The notes beneath the pieces were generated by a model, which searched no databases, was not told where the DNA came from, and worked only from the letters and a program-made list of their open reading frames with translations. From NCBI GenBank assembly GCA_018399355.1, contig JAGYOA010000001.1, positions 1 through 49,740 of the forward strand: a stretch of DNA of 49,740 bases. Direction: 5' to 3'. Positions 26,013 through 33,215 of the stretch are shown one piece after another. Numbering within the stretch: position 1 is the stretch's first letter; each line of letters begins with the position of its first letter. The stretch comes from Candidatus Woesearchaeota archaeon (GTDB taxonomy: Archaea; Nanobdellota; Nanobdellia; Woesearchaeales; CG1-02-33-12). Both the position numbers and the translations under genes were made by a program.

Positions 26013-27470
26013 TTAATGTTTTAATTTTTTCATGTAATACCTTGCAAATATCAATCCAACCTGGTGGATATTGCTTATATTATTTTTTACAAGCCATTTA
26101 AGGATATTTATTTTTTCGTTGATATCTTTTCTTATCTCATCTGGAGTCAATCCTGTATAAAGGTTTATTGTTTCTATTAAAACCTTTGACTCGCTTATTT
26201 GATTCATCTCATCTTTCTGGGCATTAAGCTGTAAAATAACATTTGGCTCTCCGCTTGGAAGTATTTCTGCTATTTGAAGTGTTCTTCTCTTGCCAACACG
26301 CCTATCTCTATGCTGTACAACTATCATTGAAAGTGCAGGAAGCATCATTTTTGGAAGGTTTATTGGCTCGTTTGTCATTCTCACTACAGTTTCGTGGGCG
26401 TTGTTCGCATGTAATGTTCCATAAACTGAATGTCCTGTATGCATTGCCTCAAAAAGAACCTCTGCTTCTCTCTTCCTTCTGATTTCTCCAACAACAATTC
26501 TATCCGGCCTCATTCTAAGCGAATTAACCAATAAATCAAGCATTGTAACCTCTCCCTTGCCTTCTGGATTAGGCAGCCTTGTTTCCAATGGCACCCAGTG
26601 AAGTGAGTCAGGAAGAGTAAGCTCTCTTGTATCCTCAATAGATATTATTCTCTGGTTTGGAGGAAAAAAGTTTGTTATGACATTAAGCATAGATGTTTTT
26701 CCAGAGCCTGTTCCGCCTGTGATAAGGATAGAAAGCTCGTTCTGCACTGCAAGCCATATCAATGCTGCAGCATAATATGAAATGGTATTAGTTCTTAAAA
26801 AATCAGTAATTGTCCATGGCTTTTCAGCAAACTTTCTTATGGATATTGTGTTACCCATAGTAGAGATAGGAGTTAATGTTGCATTAACTCTGTCTCCTGT
26901 TGTCAGGCTTGCATCCATCAAGGGATTCAAGAGAGTTATTTCTTTTCCGACATCCCTTCCAATCATAGTTGAGTAATGTCTTATCTTTGATTCTGACTGT
27001 ATGAATATATTTGTCTTAAGCCAACCATGCTTCCTGTGGTAAATCCAGACAGGCTCTCTTGCGCTGTTTACAACTATATCCTCAAGATTATCATCTCTAA
27101 GAAGTATCTCAATATTTCCAAGTCCAATATTCTCCTGTATAAGGTAATTTAAAAGAAGGTCGGCTGTTTTTTTGTCTATTTTAGGAAAATACTTTTTAAT
27201 AAGAACCATTATCTCTTTGCTAAACTTATTTTTTATATCTGTTGGATTTATGGTATCCTTAAGCTTAACATCAGATATGTTTATCTTGGAAACAAATTCA
27301 TCTCTTATCTTATGCAAGATTATGTCTGTTATCTTGCTTATATTCATAATAGAAACACTATATGTTGGAACAAAGTCATTTCTCTTGAGATATATCTCAA
27401 CATTAATTTCAATATTATTTACTGTAAGCTTATAAGAGTCTATTTTTAATTTTTCTTTTTTTTCTTCCAA
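26013..27470 (-). CDS. PilB/FlaI/VirB11-family type IV pilus assembly ATPase
   Basis: Walker A 'GGTGSGKTS', 'PDRIVVGEIRRKREA' (Walker B/Asp box region), His box 'TGHSVYGTLHAN'. TTG start 5 nt after SD GAGGTG (27476-27481). Confidence 0.92.
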   Translation of the reverse strand: MEEKKEKLKIDSYKLTVNNIEINVEIYLKRNDFVPTYSVSIMNISKITDIILHKIRDEFVSKINISDVKLKDTINPTDIKNKFSKEIMVLIKKYFPKIDKKTADLLLNYLIQENIGLGNIEILLRDDNLEDIVVNSAREPVWIYHRKHGWLKTNIFIQSESKIRHYSTMIGRDVGKEITLLNPLMDASLTTGDRVNATLTPISTMGNTISIRKFAEKPWTITDFLRTNTISYYAAALIWLAVQNELSILITGGTGSGKTSMLNVITNFFPPNQRIISIEDTRELTLPDSLHWVPLETRLPNPEGKGEVTMLDLLVNSLRMRPDRIVVGEIRRKREAEVLFEAMHTGHSVYGTLHANNAHETVVRMTNEPINLPKMMLPALSMIVVQHRDRRVGKRRTLQIAEILPSGEPNVILQLNAQKDEMNQISESKVLIETINLYTGLTPDEIRKDINEKINILKWLVKNNISNIHQVGLIFARYYMKKLKH

Positions 27471-27489
27471 ATAAACACCTCTTTTATTT

Positions 27490-29277
27490 TTATGGCGGCT
27501 TAGGAGGTTCTATTTCAGCACCTTCATCTTTTTTGAATATCCTATAAAAAGGTTTTTTTTGTTTTTTAGTTGATTTAATATCTTTTGGCATTGGCAATGG
27601 ATTTTTTTCATGTTTTTGCCTTGGCGGCATAGGTGGAATCTTCATCTCTGGATTTTTCAGTATTTTTGGTTGAGGTTTTTGCAAAGGTTCTCCTGTTTTC
27701 ATTTTTGGAATTGGTCTTTGATTTTTTAAACCATAATCAATTTCGCTGGAATTAGGAAGAATCATCTCCTTACTATCATCTCTTAAGCTTTCCTTAAGCT
27801 CAGGCATATTTATGCCTATTTTACCAGTTGAGTCCATATTTGATATATCCTTATAGAAAGAAAGTATTCTTGTTCTCAATTCTGTTTTTTTCTGAAGAAA
27901 TCCAGAAGGAAGAGAATTATATGTGTTGATTATTTTATTGTAAAGCTCATGTGCAAGATCATACCTTTTATTCTTGACATGGCTGAATGACTCTTTAAGC
28001 ATATTCTCTATGATATTATACTTTTTGTTAAAGTCATAAACAGAGGTTTTGTCAAGCTCTATTGCAAGCCTTTCGTAAAGGTTAAGCATTATTCTCTGCA
28101 GTTCTGTTTTTTGCCTTAAAAAGCCCTCGGGCATGCTGTAAAAAACCTCTTTCATTTTAGAATATATCTCTCTTGCAGGTTCAATTTCTTTTTTTTCAAG
28201 GTGTTTGTTCATATCTCTAGAAAGCTCCTCTATCCTTTCTGTCTTTTTTTCCATATCTTCCATTGTTATTCTTTTGTAATCAGAAAGGAGCTGGTCATAA
28301 AGTCTTAATATCCTTGACTGCAATTCAGCTTTCTCCTGCAAAAATCCAGATGGGAGGGTATTGTACATTTCCCTTATCCTCGTGTAGAGTTTTATAGCCA
28401 ACTGAATATTTTTTTCTTTTATTGCCTGGTTCATCTCTTCAAGCATAGTTATTATTTCTGTCTTTTTTTCAGATATATCCATTAAATCTTTTTTTTCTCT
28501 TACAGTTATTAGCTCTTCATATGCATCAATTATACTGTTTTGAAGTACAAGCTTTTGTTCAAGAAAACCATTTGGAAGCTCATTATATCTTTCTTTTATA
28601 TCTCCATATATCCTTATTGCGCTTACTATATTTCCCTTTCTTATTTCACTCTGAATGTCTCCAAGCAATTTATGTATTTCCTGCGAATTCTTCTCCATCT
28701 TTCTTCTAGACTCTTTGCTTAGATTCATACCAAGGTCATCGCTTAGCTTAACAAGGTTCTGGTTTATAGAATCCTTTTTTTTAAGAAACTCTTCAGGCAA
28801 TTTGTTGTATCTTGCCTCTATCTTTGAATATATTTCCTTTGCCTTTTCAAATTTTTTCTTTTTTATGCATCCATATGCTTCTGCAAGAAGTGTTTCAATA
28901 TCTGATGCATCATTCTTCTCAGAAAATTCCACTTCATTAGGATCATCATCTTTACTTTCCTCTTTTTTCTCGCTTTTTTCTTTAATTATTTTGCTTGGCT
29001 TTTGTTTTGTTTTATTTGTTTCTGGCTTTTCTGTGAAAACTGTTATAAAAGGTGTTGTAAAATTGTATTTTATAGACAAAACATTTTCTTCTTCAAGAAA
29101 GTTTGCCCAAGATTCAATTGTAGAAGGATCTGCACCAAGAGCTTTCGCAGCGTCATCAAAAGAGATTTCACCCCTTTGCTTGACAAGTCTAACTAGCTCG
29201 TCTGCTTTTGTCTTTACAACGTTCACCTCTTTTTCAAACCTGTTTAAGAGATCTTCGTCTTTCAACTCAGGCTTCAT
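27490..29277 (-). CDS. Hypothetical protein: N-terminal wHTH-like domain, five ~74-aa helical repeats, Pro/Lys-rich tail; first gene of the pilus operon
   Basis: Repeat cores 'YNKLPEEFLKKK','YNELPNGFLEQK','YNTLPSGFLQEK','FYSMPEGFLRQK','YNSLPSGFLQKK'. TATA-like CTTTAAATATC (29299-29309) about 27 nt from the ATG. Confidence 0.75.
   Translation of the reverse strand: MKPELKDEDLLNRFEKEVNVVKTKADELVRLVKQRGEISFDDAAKALGADPSTIESWANFLEEENVLSIKYNFTTPFITVFTEKPETNKTKQKPSKIIKEKSEKKEESKDDDPNEVEFSEKNDASDIETLLAEAYGCIKKKKFEKAKEIYSKIEARYNKLPEEFLKKKDSINQNLVKLSDDLGMNLSKESRRKMEKNSQEIHKLLGDIQSEIRKGNIVSAIRIYGDIKERYNELPNGFLEQKLVLQNSIIDAYEELITVREKKDLMDISEKKTEIITMLEEMNQAIKEKNIQLAIKLYTRIREMYNTLPSGFLQEKAELQSRILRLYDQLLSDYKRITMEDMEKKTERIEELSRDMNKHLEKKEIEPAREIYSKMKEVFYSMPEGFLRQKTELQRIMLNLYERLAIELDKTSVYDFNKKYNIIENMLKESFSHVKNKRYDLAHELYNKIINTYNSLPSGFLQKKTELRTRILSFYKDISNMDSTGKIGINMPELKESLRDDSKEMILPNSSEIDYGLKNQRPIPKMKTGEPLQKPQPKILKNPEMKIPPMPPRQKHEKNPLPMPKDIKSTKKQKKPFYRIFKKDEGAEIEPPKPP
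27841..28899 (-). repeat. Five degenerate ~74-aa protein repeats (period 73-75 aa) inside CDS 27490..29277
   Basis: The conserved aromatic of the 'YNxLPxGFLxxK' core falls at residues 157, 231, 305, 380 and 453. Confidence 0.8.
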
Positions 29278-29298
29278 TAAATAAATTAAAATCGACTT

Positions 29299-29309
29299 GA
29301 TATTTAAAG
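29299..29309 (-). promoter_or_regulatory. TATA-like box for the pilus assembly operon (start 29277)
   Basis: Minus-strand CTTTAAATATC centred about 27 nt upstream of the ATG. Confidence 0.45.
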
Positions 29310-29400
29310 TTTTTGATGTTTGACAGGAAAATCTTTAATTACTACAAAATAGGGTTTAATTTTTGCCACAGAGCAATGATTTATTATCAATAGAAAGTTT

Positions 29401-29408
29401 TTTATAAC
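29401..29408 (+). promoter_or_regulatory. TATA box for divergent gene 29430..30149
   Basis: TTTATAAC centred about 26 nt upstream of ATG 29430. Confidence 0.45.
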
Positions 29409-29429
29409 TATTATTAAAGATTAAACAAT

Positions 29430-30149
29430 ATGTCTGAAAGAAAAATAGCTGATTACGTTGAAAAAAATCTCAAGAAAGGAATTGAAATAAATGACATAAA
29501 AAAAGCACTTTCAAAAGCAGGCTGGTCAAAGAGTGAAATAGAGAACGGAATTAACCTTTTAAATGATAAGCCGTCTGACCCTAATTTCAGGAATAAAGAT
29601 TACAGCAAATATTTATCTGATGATAAAAAAAGAAACAAAAAAGTAATTATCTTCTTTGCATTAGTCTTAATGGTTCTTATAGTATTAGGATATTTCTTTT
29701 TTCCAAGGTATGAATTAGATATTGAAAAGAGTATTAAAAATCAAGATGAAACAATTGCTACACATGAATCCGAAAACGAAGAGACATCCCAAACAGAACA
29801 AGAGTTAGAGAATGATATAGAAACCCAAAATGAAGATTTAACAGAAGAATCTTCAGAACAAGAAGAAGAGGCAAAGACAGATGAATGTGTTGAGAAATAT
29901 TACAAGATGTGTTATTTTGGGGACGTTTATTGGTATGATTCCTGCTATAATATAGGGGAGATTGCAACAAAATGCCCATCAGGAGAATGTATTAACGCAA
30001 CATGTGTTGAATGCAAGCAAAAAGCTTATCAGGAATGTTATGATGATGACCTTTATTGGTATGATTCCTGCAGAAGAATGGGAGCCAAAGCAAAAGAATG
30101 TGAGTTCGGCTGCATTGGAGACAGCTGCTTAGATGAAGAAGAATCTTAA
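29430..30149 (+). CDS. Single-pass membrane protein with acidic linker and duplicated Cys-rich 'YWYDSC' module
   Basis: Cytoplasmic N-domain, TM 'VIIFFALVLMVLIVLGYFFF', then two modules 'C.(F/D)(G/D)D(V/L)YWYDSC....G..A..C..G.C'. TATA TTTATAAC at 29401-29408. Confidence 0.7.
   Translation: MSERKIADYVEKNLKKGIEINDIKKALSKAGWSKSEIENGINLLNDKPSDPNFRNKDYSKYLSDDKKRNKKVIIFFALVLMVLIVLGYFFFPRYELDIEKSIKNQDETIATHESENEETSQTEQELENDIETQNEDLTEESSEQEEEAKTDECVEKYYKMCYFGDVYWYDSCYNIGEIATKCPSGECINATCVECKQKAYQECYDDDLYWYDSCRRMGAKAKECEFGCIGDSCLDEEES
29926..30071 (+). repeat. Internal duplication of the Cys-rich module (period 126 nt / 42 aa), with an identical 20-mer at both copies
   Basis: 'tttattggtatgattcctgc' occurs at 29926-29945 and 30052-30071, encoding 'YWYDSC'. 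Confidence 0.85.
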
Positions 30150-30222
30150 TTTTCATAATTATTGAAAAATTTTATATAGTTAAACTAAATCTTTCTCTTA
30201 ATTTAAATTACAAGGTGGTAAA

Positions 30223-30912
30223 ATGAGCATAAACTTTATAAAAAACATATATGAAAAAAATGTTGATGAAAAAGCACATGAAAAGTTTGTACGTTATAGT
30301 ATTGGAGACTTTGAAAAGGAAGAATTTATAATAAAGAAAGGAGCGTCTTTTGTGCAGGTTAAAGCAGGTTTTGAATATCTCAGCGTTATTCTTGAATTGA
30401 TGTCTAATCTTGTAAAAGAAAATGTTTCATTAAATGGAATGATTATAACAAAAAAAGACATACTTCCTGAGATAAAGGATTTTGGAATAGAGCCTGAGAA
30501 AATAACTGGTAAAAAATACACAATTAAAGAAGATATGGGTCCTGAAAGATTTAAGGAATTTATCAGCAAATTCAATGATTACTTTCTGCTTTTAAACTTA
30601 AAATCAGGAAAATACAGCATCTCAGTAAAAAAATCAATTCCAAAGCCGGGAAAACTTGTTGAGGGATTTGTGAAAGCAAAGTTTGAAAAGAATGATTTTC
30701 AAAAGATAAAAAATGAGTTTTTGTTTGATGTTAACACAGAGGATTTCAAGCAGGCCTCAATAAAGCAAACATATGTAATAGAAGAGCTTATCGCACCAGA
30801 AGGTTGCTCTCCTGAGGAGGCAAGATTAAACGCAAAAAGAAAAGGTAAGATTGTAAGAAAGATAAGCATTGACGGAGAAGAGCAGGAAAACCAGATAGAG
30901 CTTCTTGCATAA
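30223..30912 (+). CDS. Hypothetical cytoplasmic protein (229 aa)
   Basis: Clean ORF with ordinary K/E-rich composition. SD-like AAGGTGG at about 30213-30219. No family recognised. Confidence 0.6.
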   Translation: MSINFIKNIYEKNVDEKAHEKFVRYSIGDFEKEEFIIKKGASFVQVKAGFEYLSVILELMSNLVKENVSLNGMIITKKDILPEIKDFGIEPEKITGKKYTIKEDMGPERFKEFISKFNDYFLLLNLKSGKYSISVKKSIPKPGKLVEGFVKAKFEKNDFQKIKNEFLFDVNTEDFKQASIKQTYVIEELIAPEGCSPEEARLNAKRKGKIVRKISIDGEEQENQIELLA

Positions 30913-30974
30913 TTATTCCTCAATGAATAATATATTCAGAAGATTATTTAAACAAGAATAAGAGATTATATGAA

Positions 30975-33155
30975 ATGAATCAACAAACCAAAAAAAGGAC
31001 TCTTGTAACAAGCGCTCTGCCTTATGTAAATAATGTTCCCCATCTTGGAAATATGGTGTGTATAATAAGCGCAGATGTATATACAAGGTTCTTAAGGTCA
31101 AATAAAGTTGATGTTATCTCTGTTATCGGCACAGATGAGCATGGAACAACAACAGAAACAAAGGCTCTTGAAGAAGGTTTGACTCCAGAGCAAGTCTGCG
31201 AGAAATACTTTAAGATACATAAAGAGATTTACGAGTGGTTTGGAAACTCTTTTGACTGCATAGGAAGAACATCGTCTAAGGAAAACTATGAGGTAACTCA
31301 AGATATATTCAAAAAGCTGAATCAGAATGGTTTTATAAAAAAGCAAATAGTAGTGCAGGCTTACTGCACAAAATGCGATAAATTTCTCGCTGACCGTTTT
31401 GTTGAAGGAACTTGCCCAAAATGCGGCTATAAGGATGCGCGCGGCGACCAGTGCGAGAACTGCGGGGCCTTGCTCAACGCAACTGAATTAGTTGATGCAA
31501 GATGCAAAATATGCGGAACTAATCCTATAACAAAAGAAACAGAGCATTTATTTATTGATTTGCCGAAGCTTGCTCCTCTTCTTGAAAAATGGATTAATGA
31601 ACAGTCTGTAAAGGGAAGATGGTCCCAGAATGCAAAAACAATGACAGATGCATGGATAAGAGATGGTTTAAGAGAGAGATGCATAACGCGCGATTTAAAA
31701 TGGGGAATTCCCGTGCCCTATCCTGATTTTGAAAAAAAGGTTTTTTACTCATGGTTTGACGCTCCAATAGGTTATATTGGAATAACAAAAGAGTGCAGAG
31801 AAGATTGGAAGGAATGGTGGTTCGGCGATGATGTAAGATTAGTACAGTTCATGGGAAAGGACAACATTCCATTTCATACTGTTTTGTTTCCTGCATCATT
31901 GATTGGAACAAAAGAGGATTATGTTTTGCTTGACAGAATCTCATCAAACGAATACATTAATTATGAAGGAGGCCAGTTTTCAAAAAGCCGCAGCTTAGGT
32001 GTTTTTGGGGATGATGCAATAAAAACAGGAATTCCTGCAGATGTTTGGAGATATTATATTATGGTTAATAGGCCTGAAAAAGCAGACACTGACTTTTCAT
32101 GGGAGGACTTCCAGAGCAAAATCAATAATGAACTTGTTGCAAACCTTGGAAATTTTATTAACAGGACAATATCCTTCATAAACAACTACACTGATTCAAA
32201 AGTTCCTAAAGCAAAGTTAGATGAAAAAGATAATGCCTTTTTACAAGAAATAAGAAAAGAGATAAAAAAAGCAACAGAGCTTTTAGATGACATACAGCTG
32301 AAAGATGCTCTAAAGAGCATAATGCATATTTCAAAACTTGGCAACCAGTATTTTCAGGAAACACAGCCATGGAAATCAATAAAAGAAAATAAGGCTAAGG
32401 CAGAAACATGCTTAGCAGTATGCGCAAATATAACAAAAGATTTGGCTGTTATGATAAGACCTTATATGCCTGAAACATCCAACAAAATATTTAATCAGCT
32501 TAATATCCAAGAGAAAAATTGGGATGATTTAGGAAAATTGTCTCTTGAAAAACATCATAAAATAAACAAAGCAGAACCATTATTAAACAAGCTTGAAGAT
32601 AATGACATAAAAAAATTCAAAAAAGAGTTTGGAGGCAAAAGAATGCAGGAAAAAACAGATGAAAGAAAAGATCCGTTTGCAAAACTTGACTTAAAGGTTG
32701 CAAAAATAATAAGTGTTGAAGACCATCCTGATGCTGAAAAATTGTTGGTTATGAAAATAAACATAGGTGATGAGGAAAGGCAGATAGTAGGAGGAATTAA
32801 AAAGTATTATTCAAAACAAGAACTTGTAGGAAGGAATCTTATTGTTGTTAAAAACCTTAAGCCGATTGTTTTGAGGGGCAAGGAGAGTAAAGGAATGCTT
32901 CTTGCTGCAATGGAAAAACAAGGTGATGAGGAAAATGTAAAGCTACTTTCAGCAAAAAACAGCAATCCAGGAGATGATGTTTTTATTGATGGAATTGATA
33001 AACAACCAAAAAAACATCTTGGTTACAGTGAGTTTAAAGAAGTAGAGATGAGAACTGATTCAGAAGGACATGTCATTTACGATGGAAAGCAATTAAAAAC
33101 AGGAAAAGAACAAGTAAATGTTGAGGGAGTTAAAGAAGGCGCTCTAATAAGATAA
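30975..33155 (+). CDS. metG: Methionine--tRNA ligase with C-terminal EMAP/Trbp111-like tRNA-binding domain
   Basis: 'SALPYVNNVPHLGN' (HIGH-type), 'GGQFSKSRSLGV' (KMSKS-type), Zn knuckles 'CTKCDKF..CPKCGY..CENCGA..CKICG', C-terminal 'KLDLKVAKIISVEDHPDAEKLLVMKINIGDEERQIVGGIKKYY'. Confidence 0.95.
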   Translation: MNQQTKKRTLVTSALPYVNNVPHLGNMVCIISADVYTRFLRSNKVDVISVIGTDEHGTTTETKALEEGLTPEQVCEKYFKIHKEIYEWFGNSFDCIGRTSSKENYEVTQDIFKKLNQNGFIKKQIVVQAYCTKCDKFLADRFVEGTCPKCGYKDARGDQCENCGALLNATELVDARCKICGTNPITKETEHLFIDLPKLAPLLEKWINEQSVKGRWSQNAKTMTDAWIRDGLRERCITRDLKWGIPVPYPDFEKKVFYSWFDAPIGYIGITKECREDWKEWWFGDDVRLVQFMGKDNIPFHTVLFPASLIGTKEDYVLLDRISSNEYINYEGGQFSKSRSLGVFGDDAIKTGIPADVWRYYIMVNRPEKADTDFSWEDFQSKINNELVANLGNFINRTISFINNYTDSKVPKAKLDEKDNAFLQEIRKEIKKATELLDDIQLKDALKSIMHISKLGNQYFQETQPWKSIKENKAKAETCLAVCANITKDLAVMIRPYMPETSNKIFNQLNIQEKNWDDLGKLSLEKHHKINKAEPLLNKLEDNDIKKFKKEFGGKRMQEKTDERKDPFAKLDLKVAKIISVEDHPDAEKLLVMKINIGDEERQIVGGIKKYYSKQELVGRNLIVVKNLKPIVLRGKESKGMLLAAMEKQGDEENVKLLSAKNSNPGDDVFIDGIDKQPKKHLGYSEFKEVEMRTDSEGHVIYDGKQLKTGKEQVNVEGVKEGALIR

Positions 33156-33176
33156 GGTATTTTTAAAAACAAAAGC

Positions 33177-33186
33177 TTTATATATA
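33177..33186 (+). promoter_or_regulatory. TATA box for cassette A
   Basis: TTTATATATA lies in the 45-nt gap after metG and ends 30 nt before ATG 33216. Confidence 0.5.
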
Positions 33187-33215
33187 TTTTATAAGAATTA
33201 GTGTGTAGAGGGAAT

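Noticed and set aside
18280-29277. Interpretation of the locus as an archaellum (motility) operon
   Set aside because: No FlaC/D/E, FlaF, FlaG or FlaH genes are adjacent. The membrane component is split into two single-domain genes. The filament candidates are small, diverse pilin-like proteins accompanied by a vWA adhesin. The only KaiC/FlaH-like ATPase (303..1115) is more than 25 kb away in a housekeeping context. I cannot fully exclude this without ATPase phylogeny.
28655-29284. 209-aa plus-strand ORF antisense to the pilus-operon repeat protein
   Set aside because: It has an S/F/L-rich low-complexity translation that mirrors the K/E-rich codons of the opposite strand. It lies entirely inside a better-supported CDS with repeat structure, a promoter and operon context. 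I treat it as a shadow ORF.
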